Shown here: piece after piece, positions 42,340 through 54,952 of the stretch
Layout of the letters: every line of letters begins with the position of its first letter
Position numbering within the stretch: position 1 is the first letter of the stretch
NCBI GenBank assembly: GCA_021432655.1
Contig: MU271192.1
Location: 62,001 to 126,000, forward strand
Direction: 5' to 3'
Length of the DNA: 64,000 nucleotides
Origin: Atractiella rhizophila
Taxonomy: Eukaryota
Program-made: the position numbers and the translations under genes
The notes under the pieces: generated by a model
Told to the model about the DNA's origin: nothing
Databases searched by the model: none
The model's input: the letters and a program-made list of their open reading frames with translations, nothing else

Positions 42340-44684
42340 ATGTCCATGTATTTCGATTCCCAATCGGACTGGCAACCCGGTCCAGGTTCAGCTCCTCCGA
42401 CTTCCATGTCTTTCTCGACCCCAGGAACGCAGATGCCCAGCTTACACGGAATAAACTCGCGTTTTCCCGTCAATTTGGGCAAAATTCAACATCATCCAAC
42501 TTACGGAGCTGCACCACCTCCTCTGTCCCATCTCCCGCATCACAATGGTTTCTCTTATCCAGGACAACACGCCCCACAGTCTCCCTTTTCGACAATCAAC
42601 GGAGTTTCGCATCATTCGCAACCGCATTCCCAAATCTTCCCTCAACCCCACTCTCAGAACTTGACGCACAACCCTCCAATACCTATCGGCTCTCAAAGTC
42701 ACCACCATCAACCACCGCTCCCTCCTCCTTCCGCACCTCCGAATGATCCGAGAAATGGTCAAGGGACGGCGATGACTAATGGGTCCCTCCCGCCACCTTC
42801 CTCATCGTCTGCTTCATCCTCGCCTCATCGACAACAGCAGGTGCAGTGGAGGGGAATCGCGGCAAACGCGAGCGCGCCGTTCTACCATTGTCGCACCGCG
42901 CAGCACCTCGCTCGAGGCGGCTCAGCTACGGTTACGATTCTAGATCCCAATCGACCGCTGAAGCCAACGCAGGGTGGTCCGGTTGCTTTTCGGCAGAGTT
43001 TGCAACACCGAAAGGAAGGCAGCGTCTCAGTCCCCTTTACTGGAGCAATAGGGACGGAGCCACCACTTTCGATGACGCGGTCCAAAGGGGCGAACATGTC
43101 ACCGCCTAGGACGAGTGACGGGAATAACGAAGAGGGTGAGGAAGAGTGGACTACATTGGACATGGGCGGAAACAAAATTAAGCAGCTATCTCCCACTCTT
43201 TTCCGCTATACTTTCCTCACTACCCTCTATCTCTGCCATAACAACCTCACCACTCTACCCAGCTCCATTCGTGAGCTGTGCAATCTCACAGTACTCGACA
43301 TCTCCTTCAACAGCATCACCGCCCTTCCCGCGGAACTGGGCATGATAACCTCTCTCCGTTACCTCTTCGTATACGACAATCAGCTCACCTCACTTCCCGC
43401 TGAACTGGGCACACTCTTCCAACTGGATCACCTGGGGATCGAAGGGAATCACTTACCAGATAACGTCATGTCACTCCTGGATAAGGATGGAACTCCCGGC
43501 CTTATCGCTTACCTTCGAGATTCGTGCGCTGTACCGATGCCTCCTCCGGAACGACTATGGTTCACGACTTCCAATGACACGTTTGCTCTTCCGCAACACG
43601 CGGGTGACATGGATGCTCTAAACAAGTCTGGTCAAGGTGATCTCTTCAGCATTCTTAGCTACAACATTCTCTGCGAAAAAATGGCGACAACACAAATGTA
43701 TGGTTATACTCCAAGCTGGGCCTTAAACTGGGAGTACCGGAAAGAGCTCATCCTTCAAGAGATCATCACTTATTCCGCAGACATTGTCTGCCTTCAAGAA
43801 GTCGAATCTGCTCAATACGAAGAATACTTTCTTCCTCACCTTAAACAGGAGTATGATGGGGTGTATCGACAGAAGTCGAGAGTGCGGCATATGACGGACA
43901 AGGAGAAGAAACGGTTGGATGGTAGCGCCATCTTCTTCAAATCCAAGAAGTCCGACTTTCATTTAACCATCCTTTTTGGTTCTGAATTTTGTTGCCTAGT
44001 TTCCGCCTCATCGAGGGACACTTAGTCGAGTTCAATCAGGTAGGACGACGAGGACAAAGGTCTGAAGACATGATCAACCGAGTGATGACGAAAGACGACA
44101 TCGCCGTCATCGCCCTGTTGGAACATCGAACATCCGGTGCAAAACTCATCGTGTCCACTTTTCACTTACAGTGGGATCCTGATTTTCGAGATGTCAAGCT
44201 TATTCAGACCGCACGCTTGCTTGAAGAAATAGAAACTCTTGCAGATCGCTTCGCTCGAATGCCTTCATCGTCGGAAGATGCTCCAACTTACTCCGACGGA
44301 TCCAAAATTCCAACCATACTTGCAGGAGATTTCAACTCGGTCGCTGACTCTGGAGTGTTCGAGTTCCTGAAGAAGGGCAAGGTTGATCCTGACCATCCCG
44401 ACTTTCTCCAAAAGCGTTATGGGCACTATACCACGGATGGGTTATCGCATAATCTTTCCCTAGAGACGGCATACGGAGATCACACCCACAATATCGAGTT
44501 CACAAATTATACGCCAGGATTCAAAGGCGTGCTCGATTATATCTGGTATACCACAAAGACCCTGACGGTTACTGGTCTGCTCCAAGGCCTGGATCCAAGC
44601 TACACGAGCCGAGTTGTCGGATTTCCGAATGCCCACTTTCCGTCTGATCATGTGTCAATATTGAGCCAGATGTCTTTCAAATGA
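42340..44684 (+). CDS. CCR4: CCR4 deadenylase (LRR + EEP nuclease)
   Basis: LRRs, SYNILC, YGYTPSWALNW, CLQEV, GDFNS, FTNYTPGFKGVLDYIWY, FPSDH. Confidence 0.95.
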
Positions 44685-45051
44685 GTCGATATTTATCACT
44701 TGTAGAGCGAATCATGTTCAACTTTGACGGGAATCTGCAATCATTCTTTGCCATCTAAGGGTCTTTCGTATTGGGAGTATGCACATCATTGTTTCTTATC
44801 CCTTATTCAGTACTTTCTTGTCGATCATCTGTCTCCTCTTCCTTAGCTTATTCGAGCATCCCCTGTGTTAAGAACTTTTGGTCGACTTTTGCCGTACAGT
44901 ACAGTGTTCGAATTGGAAGTGAGCTGGCTGTGAATGACTTGTCTACGAATACTTATCCTCAACCGAATGCTGTATTGGATCCAAAGTCAATCAAACAATT
45001 GTGCAACGCAACTCGTTTTCAATCTGGATTGTTCAGTCAAGCTCGCAAAGG

Positions 45052-46110
45052 TTAACGTTTTTTATCAAATCGTTGCAGAAGGACTCGTATGCACTCCATC
45101 AAACCTTTGCTCTCCTCTTCGGTGGCGAAGGCAGACGCCGCCCAGCGTACCTTGCAGGCTGGATCAACGAGATAGACGTAACCAACATACTTGTTCATCA
45201 AGCCTAACGGTTCGCGAATGTACTCCATGTTTTGATGCGAAAGCAGGTAGCTTGCTTGGTGCTTTTCTGGCACTTGACGCCGGAGGTTGGACAAAAACAT
45301 ACTGACAACGAACGACCGTAGAACGTTCTCCTGAAGATTAATCTATAGAAGTAATCAAAAAAGGACTCCCGCGTCACGTAAACTTACTTGAATATATTGA
45401 AAGTTGGGATTACTCTCGTACTTGTCAAGGGCGAGGGTGCTAAATGATGCTGTGTGCTCCTACAAATGACTGTAAGACGGAAGCTGGGGAGAGGCGGCAC
45501 TGACCGTAGATATTCGAGAGGACATGACTGAAACGAGGCTGACTTTGCCCGGAAGCATGGCCGCAGTCTCCATGTAGCTTTTGTCTTTGAGCAAGGTTCC
45601 CTCAATGTTAGGGAAGAAAAGAGCTCGCTATTAAATAGGGAGGTCAATTCACAGCTTTCAAACGAAGTAGGGAGCGCACGTCTTCTTTTATAAGTGCAGG
45701 AGGAGCAACCCAGTTCTTGTCGCCGTAACGGGTGAGTGTGATCATATCGTCATAGTAAGAAGTTCCCAGTTGCTTGATGCTGTCGCAACAGCTCCAACCG
45801 GTTCCCGCTGAATGCAGCGAGAGGCGTACATGTGTTTCCGCTCCGTTATTCGTATGTCCTTGTTGACGACGGTGTCTCTGAAGTGGATTACGGCCTTTCT
45901 GCCGAGTGTTGGCGGTTCTTTCATGCCCAGTGGTTTCGACAGGTAAGGGGGCAATTCTGGTTGTTTCTGCCCCGGTTTCGGGGACTCCGAGGTGTTCTCG
46001 CTGTTGAGCGGTTGGGAGGCGACATGCCTACGCGACAGAGGGAAAACAGACGGTCGAGCAGAAGCAGAGTAAAGCGCCTGGGAGCTCTGAAGGAAACGTC
46101 GCGGTTGCAT
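45052..46110 (-). CDS. ATP10: Mitochondrial ATPase assembly factor Atp10
   Basis: LGLMNKYVGYVYLVD..CKVRWAASAFAT; presequence-like N-terminus. Confidence 0.8.
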
Positions 46111-46244
46111 TGGTTGCTCGAGTTTGGACTTATTCCGGCATCTTCCGCACTCGCCCGATTTGCAAAAGATAACTCGCCAGCCAAAGTCGAAGAAGGGTTC
46201 CACTCTGCAAATTTTCAGCAGGACTTGTGGCGGTAGCAAGCGTC

Positions 46245-48521
46245 ATGGCTGGTGAAATGGTGAGTGTTGTATTTCTTGGGAGGATTGGGTGTGACGGACC
46301 GTGAGTCGCCAGGAGGCCATAAACGAGATCGATTTCTCCCAAATTCTCGTTGATTCTGGCACGCCAGGCGAAGAAGTCACAAATCATGCCGAGGGATTCT
46401 ATAAGCAGCCTAGCCAGCAAACTTCTCCTTCTTTGGAAGCGCAGGATTTGGCGGCAACTATCGTACAGTTCTTCTGTCAGAAGGCACAAGGACTGATCGG
46501 CAATTTAGCTTTCAATGGACCTCAACACCCAGCATTCGGTTCTATCAGCGTTGTTATCTAAACAGCCAGACGCTCCCATGGTGCAGCAGCATCATTCCGC
46601 CCCCACGTCTCCATATCCCTTCGTCAATCCAGCCTACTTCTCCACACCGCAGTTACCGACGTCTGCCAGTTTCGCCTCACTGCCCACTTCTACCCAACCG
46701 TTTATGTCCGCTCCTCCCATAGACGGCCTGACGTTCAACTCGCAGATTTCTCCCAGCATGACGCCTATGACCTCTGTCTTTTCCCCAATTTCAGCGTTCA
46801 GCTCCTGTCCGCCTTCCCAGCAGATCCAACCCGTCAACTTGCCGATGCAGCTTCTCCAGCAACAGCATATGATGAACGCCATTCACGCCGGTCATCCCTT
46901 CGTTGCGGGGATGCCTCATGCCGCAGGGGTCAACGGCATCGGTGCTGGCGAGTTTTCGCCCTTAACTTCACCAGCGATACGCCCAGAAGGCTACCAGAAT
47001 GCAGTTTCTTTCGCATCGCAGACTGCATCCATGCAAGCTTTCGCTGCTTTGCCGAACGCTTCACCTTTTCTCCCTCCCTCAAATCCCATGCAGGTCTTCC
47101 CTCAGACTTTCGTCGATCCCAGCGCTGTTCCTCATCAGGCTCAGAGGTCGCGACGAAGTTCTCAGACGCGTTCTCCTGCTTTCCCATCTTCCGTCAAGAA
47201 ATCAAAAGCGAGTGCTTCGCCGGGTAATGGGCGCAAGAACAGCATTAGCAGCAGCAAAAGGGCTAGGATCAACGATGGTTCGAATGAGCCAGTTATCCCT
47301 CCTTCGTTCCCCATGGATGCGAGCCTTTCCCTCATGTCTAATTCCGTCCATACTTCTCCCATTTTCGATGGCACAGCTGCATTCACAACTTCCGCTCCAC
47401 CTTCAGGATTGCTCAACTCTCTGCGATCCCAGATAACCACCAACCCCAGCAGCTCTCCCAGTCCGGTCGATTTGGATAAAGCGGCGGCCATGGCCGTCGA
47501 TTCCAATCTTGTTCACAACCTGTCCAATCCGAATCATCTCCATCCGTTCGCCCCTCCAAACTCCATCGCTCCCCTCACCCCAGCAGACCTAATGAAGCTC
47601 CCACATGAGCTAGTGTCTGGAGCATCGATGAAGAACGGCCTGGAGCATTCACAAACCTACTCCCAGCCTGCGAACAGTCAGCCCCACGCTGTCAAACGAA
47701 AAAGTTCTGCGATACAGAGCGACGACGAGGATTCTCAACAACATGCAACTGCTACAGCAACATCCACCCGAGAGACTCGTCAATCTAGGAAAGCCGCTTC
47801 GAAAAAAGCGTCATCATCAACGTTAAAGTCAGCGGCACCCCTGCCTTCACTCCCTGAAGGTAATTTCGATTTGCAGTCATCATATATTCCCTCAATTGGC
47901 GACTTAGGGATGTCTACCGATGTTACCCAATCTGCCAACAAATCCACTTTCCAGACCAACGCAAATGGAAAAGGTAGCGATCTTTTAGAGCTTGAAGCAG
48001 ATAGTTTGGATGGACTCTCCAACGCCAATGGTTTGCCAAAGGAAACGCGCAAGACCTCGCACAAAGCGGCGGAGCAAAAGCGACGTGATTCTCTCAAGCA
48101 TTGTTTTGATGACCTGAGGAAGATTCTTCCCCCCATCGTCCTCTTAATGGGGGATAATGAAGATGAGCGTCGTCCAGGAGAAGGCAACGTCGGAGGCCAA
48201 AGGTCAGGACACGTCGACCCATCGAATCCAAATAAAGGTGTTAGCAAAGTTGCTCTCTTACGAAGGTCAAACGAATATATTCTCAAGCTGCATGACAGAA
48301 TGGACCAGCGGGATCAGCTAGTCCGAGATCTCAGAGAGACCATTTTTCGCCTTCGATCCGGAGACTTGCTCCCAATCCAATCATTCGAGACGGAGCAGCC
48401 GGAGGAGACGGAACCATTGTTCAAGAAGGGGATGCTCATGGACATTGCTGAAAGTGACGAAGAAGAGGAGGTAGCTCCACCAGCGAAGCAAAAAAAATCG
48501 ACAACAAGTAAGGGGAAATGA
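46245..48521 (+). CDS. bHLH transcription factor, Pho4/NUC-1-like
   Basis: RKTSHKAAEQKRRDSLK...SKVALLRRSNEYI; FSPLTSPAI motif; short 5' exons inferred. Confidence 0.8.
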
Positions 48522-48622
48522 TGAAGAAAGGACGTCTTGGGTTGTGTCTTATGTATTGACTTGTGTATTTGTGCTCGAGAAGATCCAGCGCTGTAATACT
48601 TCGTGATTCGATGATAATGATG

Positions 48623-49563
48623 CTACATCCATGTTGCATTACGCTCCATCTTGTGAACGCTGCCAAATACCTTAGCAAGTCGTTTACGTTTACGAAGGCG
48701 AGAGGGCGTCGTCACGAACCTGAGAGTCTCCCTTCCTTTCTTTCCCACAGCTGTTGCCTTCTCCTCTCTGAGTTGACGGTGGACCTTTGCCACTTCTTGC
48801 TTCATCATATCTAAGTCGTGTTTTCGAGAGTTGTATTGTGCCCGATGCTGTTCCAATGAGTCCTTCCACTCTTGTAATTGTTTGATACCATTATGGATTT
48901 GTTGAATGTCGTCATGTGTCAAAAGGAGTTTGTTGAGTGCTGGAAGGAATCTCATCAGAACCATTTTGTCAGCGTAGAATTACTCACCCTCTTCCAACCT
49001 TCGAGTCTCCGTTTTCAGGGCAACCTGAAGTTCTCGGGAATTGTTCTTGGCATCCTGTAAAGTCGACTTCGCCTGATCACACGAATGTTCTAACCTCCTC
49101 AAGTCTGCTTCGGAACGTTCAGTGGGATCGTCCAACGTCCAAGCCATTTCAAGGAATCGACGACCTCCTCATCTCGTTAGTGACTGTGTTGTACATTGAG
49201 AGGAAGTTCTCACTCGCTTGCTTCTGAAGCCAAATACGCTTGAGTTGCTTATTCCATTGCTATAAAGCGAAGAGTCAGCAGTGAGATGGATAGAAAGAAG
49301 GATTAACGCGCCTCATACGAAAGAACCTCATCATCCATACTGTCTAACAAGTTCAAGTCGATTCCTGACATGAAATTCCTGAAACTATCCAGGACATCCT
49401 TCTCCAAGGCGTCTTCCTCCTCCAACCGAGCTCTGAGTTCCAGCACTAGGAAATCTCTTTCTTTAAGTGCCTCCATGCTTCTGTAGACATGCGGTTAGTT
49501 TACTCTCACTTGGAATTGCGTAGCTTACCTTGTTGTTTCTACTACCGAAGTCGACGCGTTCAT
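48623..49563 (-). CDS. Coiled-coil hypothetical protein, multi-exon
   Basis: Heptad-rich exons with GT-AG introns; no family recognised. Confidence 0.5.
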
Positions 49564-49672
49564 GTTTGCTGTTTGCCAGTGCCTCACGTGATTATATTCA
49601 ACCAACGCGTTTCACATCTTTCTCTTTCCCTTTTCCGGCGGCGAACCAGCAAAGACCCAGTCAAACGGATGT

Positions 49673-51213
49673 ATGGGAGTGAGAGGATTGCTAAAGCTGG
49701 TTGAAAGGTATGCGCCAGAGGCTATAAAAGTGTGCGAGCGTGGCTTAGAAGACTGGAGTGAGTCTCTATTCCCTAATATAGGAAAGGGGGTTGAAGCGGT
49801 CGTGTCCAAGGTGGCAAGACAGTGGCTATTGACGCCAACCTTTTGACACTCCGCTTTCACTACGCTGGGCGTGCGCAGGAAAATCCCCATCCTGAGGAAC
49901 ATCTGCGGTCATGGTATCAATTCTTGAAACGATGTACCAGGCATAGAATCAAGCCAAGTAAGAGGTCGTTCTTTTTTATGTTTTACTAAATGCCTCGATA
50001 GTTTGCGTTTTCGATGGAACGACTCGCCTGCCACAAAAAGCTAGAGAATCCCTCCGCCGTCGAGACCGACGGGACCAGGATCTGTCTCGCGGCCTAGCAG
50101 AGAATTTGCGACACAAGAAACTTGAAAATCTTTACAGATTGACTGTCCAAATAAATGCTTTACCAAATCCCCAGCGGACCTTAGTATTCGGTCAAACACA
50201 GACCTTACTACATCGTTTTCATGTCTCACCAGAGCCGGAAAACGGTGCCGAAGCGATTGGATCAACGAGCAGGAACCACAGTCTCTCAGAAAATGTGACT
50301 TCCGTTTTCATGGAGCTCTCGAAAGATCAGAACAACCCAGTTTATGCCAAGGATCAAAAGAATTTGTTTCCAGTCAATTTCGACCGCTTGTTCCTCGACC
50401 AAGATCTACGGTCCATTATCAAAACCTTACAAGCTATCACAATAGAAAGCAGTGAGCTCATTAGACGTTACGAAAATCGCTCGTCATTCACACCCAAAAA
50501 GCTCGCTGAGACCGTCGTGCGTCCCCCTCTTCTGAATTTTATCATCTCACTAAGGGAACTGTAGGACCTAATTGATGCCATGGGTATTCCTCGAGTTATC
50601 TCTGCTGACCTCACCGAAGCCGAAGCAACCTGTGCCTCCCTTGTTCGTCATGGTCATGCCGACGTGGTGGCAACCGAAGACACCGTTAGTCGCCAACATC
50701 ATTTCAACGCCTTATTGGAACTGACCTGCAACAAGGACGTATTAGCTTGGGGATCAAGCATGCTACGGAACATTAATGGCCTGACCGTAACACATCTCGA
50801 CGCAGCAAAAGTACGAGAAGCCTTGAGGTTGAATGAGCAGCAGTTCCTCGACCTGATTATCCTCTGCGGAACGGACTTTTTATCGAGGATCTGGAAGTAT
50901 GCGTCCCTCTTCCCTCAAACTGAAACCTGTTGAATTGAGCACTTTCTCTAGAGTTGGTCCAATCACTGCGTATAAAATGATTTCTCAAAATCGCACAATT
51001 GAGGATATTTATCACTTGGCGCCTCGAGACGTGACCTGGGACGACTACAGCAAAACCGTCGAAGATGTCCGCTCAATTTTTCAAAACCTCCCGCCAGTCC
51101 CATCAGGGCCTTTCGAGCTGAGACCGCCTAGCGACAACTTATCATCACTCCTCCGTAATATTAACATTATACCCACCGAAGACCTTCCTTCATATGCAAA
51201 AGTTTTATCATGA
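49673..51213 (+). CDS. XPG/FEN1 (PIN-like) family nuclease
   Basis: MGVRGL start, VFDG, EAEATCASL, TEDTDVL, LCGTDF, VGPITA (H3TH). Confidence 0.85.
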
Positions 51214-51382
51214 CCTTGAGTCTTGCGTGTACACCACTCAGCTCTGCTCAACTTATTACTCAATGACATGAAGGCGCCATAGATGTGACCAGTGCCTGCA
51301 ATACTTCAACTTGAAAACAGCATAAGGATCATAGTCATTGCTGAAAAAGAGGCTTTCATAAAGGATACACCTGAACCACCGA

Positions 51383-52230
51383 TCACTCCTTCTCCTCTTC
51401 CCTCTCCACCGCCACAAGAGCGGTCCTCTTCTCGGCGACCCTTCCTGCCCTCCTCTCCCTCGCAGCCTTAGTCTTAAGACGGCGAGCCTCCATCTGATCT
51501 GAGAGGTTCTTGGTTCGCAATTTCTCAGCCTTGGCCTATGTGCAATCAATCCTCAGACCCGACCCATTCCAGAGAACAGTGAGATGCCGCACCTTGTGGA
51601 TGAAGTCCATCAGAACACGCTTGTTCTTGAAGACGTTACCTTTCGACTTCATGTAAAGTTGATGATACCTGGTACTGCGTCAACCCGGGTCCCGAATGAA
51701 CAAAACAACGCACAGATGCTTATCAATTTTGCCAGCTTCCCTATACTTCCTCAACAGACGTCTTAAAACCCTTTGCCTTCTCATCCAGAGAACCTTGGTT
51801 GGCATACGAGCCTCCGAAGTACCTTTTCGTTTACCCGTGCCGGTGTGACGACCCTTTGCTTTCGCAGCTTGAGTTTCTCTGACGCGAGCTCTGTTATGCG
51901 AGAGATGAGTAATGTATTCTAAAGAGGTGAAAAGATCGGGTACCGGGAGTGGATGACCTTTAGCAACCTCATCAGTTCGATTGTCTGTCACGCAACCAAG
52001 AGAAGCCACGCACATGGGGTTTTCCAATGATAAGACCGTCCTTCTTGAGTTTCCTGATGTGCTGACGGCTGTTGGCATTTCCGATTTCAGAAAGGTGAGA
52101 GGGATCCAAGTAGACCTTTCTTTTGCCGATTCCTAGCACGGAAGCGGCAAGACGCTGGCAGATACCTAGTCAACATACAGATACACTCTCGTGATAGACG
52201 TACCTTTTGGGACGATAGATTCGACGACAT
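51383..52230 (-). CDS. RPL19: 60S ribosomal protein L19 (eL19)
   Basis: [56 protein letters not shown]. Confidence 0.95.
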
Positions 52231-52398
52231 TCCTGCTCCCTTCCTTCTTCGACGTTACCTTCGTTAGTTCCAAGCAAACACGAGTCACAAGACTAAAAGA
52301 CAAAAACAAAAGCCGTAAACTATAGTCTTAGTCCTTCAAACAAAACAAAGTCAATCAATGCAGGTGCACATCAACCAGCATTAACTAAGGTACCAATG

Positions 52399-52406
52399 CA
52401 GTCACA
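52399..52406. promoter_or_regulatory. Homol-D box CAGTCACA upstream of RPL19
   Basis: Exact match to the fungal ribosomal-protein promoter element ~170 bp 5' of the ATG. Confidence 0.45.
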
Positions 52407-52512
52407 TAGGGACTTATTTATCGTAGCGGTCCTAACACTGGGATAGAGATCTATATTACTTTCATTTTATGACTGCAATAAGATGCATCCTGCATTCTGT
52501 CCAAAAAGTAAA

Positions 52513-54732
52513 CTAATGTGTGAAGAGCCTCAGGTTAGTCATTGCAAAGGTGATGTTGAGGTCATCGGCCGCCTTGACCACTGCTTCGTCTTGAACCGAT
52601 CCTCCTGGAGCAGCAATGTACCCAACTCCACTCCTTCCAGCCCTCCAGACATTGTCAGCGAATGGGAAAAAGGCATCGCTGGCGAGGGACACCTTCCCTT
52701 TGAGCTGCTTCGACCATGCCTCCATCTCTTCCTTCTTGAGAGGTTCTGGTATCTGCCCTTCAGCGAAAAAAACTTCCCAAGCCTTTCGCTCCTCATCGCC
52801 TTCGGGTGTCTTGAAGATTTCGCCAGTGACGAAGAGATCAGTAGCAGTAGCTTTGTCAGCACGCTTCACCCCTTTCTTAAACTTGAAATTGAGTACTCTC
52901 GGATGGTGTCGAAACCACCAAGCGTCAGCTTTGGAGCCGGCCAGTCGCGTACAATGGATGCGAGATTGTTGTCCAGCTCCAAGTCCGATTATCCCGCCGC
53001 GATAGGCGTAACACACGGAGTTAGATTGTGTGTATTTCAGAGAAATCGTTGCGACTATCAAATCTGTAATGGCATTGTCCGGTAACTACCCTATAAATTA
53101 GCATCGCAAAACATATAAATTATGTGATAACTGACTGTTTTGTTCTGGGAGACTAGGTTGCTAAAGAGGTTCTTATCGATTTTAACGTCGTTTCTTCCTT
53201 GGCGAAGGTTGACTCCATACACGGTGCGAGTCTCAACAGAATTCGGTACATATTTTTCATCCATCTATTGGAGGACCAGGTTCAGTTCCTTATCACCACT
53301 TTGGAATTGAGGAACCCTACCTGCAGCACACAATACTTGCCGCCTTTCTTTGCTGAAAGCACTTTTAATGCCTCCGAAGAGTATCCAGGAGCGATAATTC
53401 CATCGGACACTTCTCGTCCTATCAATTTTGCGGTCGCGATGTCGCATTCATGAGAGAGCGCAATGAAATCTCCAAAGGACGACATCCGATCAGCACCTGG
53501 GCAATCACTCAGCCTTGTTTCGGGCACAAAACGGAGAGCATACCTCGCGCTCGAGCATACGCAGAGGCGAGTGGCGTAAGGTCGACACCATCTGCATCAA
53601 AAACAGCCACCTCTTCTGGTGTGAGCTGTGTCGCAATTGCTGCCCCAGCAGGGCTGACATGTTTGAAACTGGCAGCTGCCGGTAGAGGAGGATCAAAGGC
53701 GTTGGCGAGTTCTGTGACCAAGGCATACGAGTTGAGAGCATCCAGCAGATTGATGTAGCCCGGAGAACCGCTCAAAACTACAACCTTGTCAGTATAATGA
53801 TCTTAAAAGATTATAATCTTACCTTTGAAAGGAAGAGTACCTTCAGTGACATATGCACTTGCAGGCTTTTGGTGAGGATTGGCGCCGTAGCGAAGCTCGA
53901 GAAGTTGTGGAGAGGAGGACACGGGGGATAAAGCAAATTGCCTTCGAAAGTATTCTGAAATGAGTGCATCATATTCTGCAGTTTGCGAGAACGCCTTTGA
54001 GTTGATTAGCCACGTGAGCGCGATTATTGACTGGCATTCATACCTTCAGAGCATACTTCTGTCGAAGTGAATCCGGAAGAGTACCCTTGTTTTCCCTGTA
54101 AGCTTCAAGGAATTCTTCGTAGTCCTGAGGGTCTGAGAGGATGGTGACTCTAAAGTATGAAAGAATGCATGAGAGGGCATAATTTATGACAAAACATTAA
54201 TATTCACCTCGAAAAGTTCTTAGCAGCAGCTCTTAACAATGTGACTCCACCGATGTCAATCTCCTCGATAGCCTCTTCAAGTGTTGGTGCTGGTTCGCTT
54301 GAAATTTTCTTGGAAAATGGATAGAGATTGCAGACGACAATCGAGAACGGAGCAATTTTGTGGGTATTCAGATCACTGAGGTCACTGGGAATATTTCGAG
54401 CAAGGATACCTATTGTCATTCAGTATAAATCAGTTGTACATTGTATAGTGCTCACCTCCATGAACAGCAGGATGCAGTGTTTTCACGCGACCTCCCAGCA
54501 TTTCGGCAGCACCAGTAACATCGGACACATCCCTTCAAAATCTAAACGCCTCTCCCGCGCAAATAATGCAGTGGACTCACTGGACAGGCAAATTTGCATT
54601 TCTGATGGCTTTGGATGTCCCTCCACTGGCTATCAGCTTGACTCCCAGGCTATCCAAACCCTTCGCAAGATCCAAAAGTCCGGTTTTATCAGATACTGAA
54701 AGAATCGCTCTTTGCTCCTGGAACGTAGCCAT
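52513..54732 (-). CDS. ADE17: Bifunctional AICAR transformylase / IMP cyclohydrolase
   Basis: [62 protein letters not shown]. Confidence 0.95.
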
Positions 54733-54952
54733 TTTGAAAGCCCAGCTTGACTACCGAGGCAAGCGAATATGTCAGGTACCCTACAACAAAGGTATATATC
54801 TAGGCACTCACAAGCACTTGAAATCAAGTCAAATGTCGAATTTTGTTTGAAAATCGATCTGATCTAAACGGACAATAGAAAGTGCCTCAACATGGAATCA
54901 TACCTTCTTGATTGTAGCTTCAACAAAGAAACAACAACGAGTGGCCACAATT

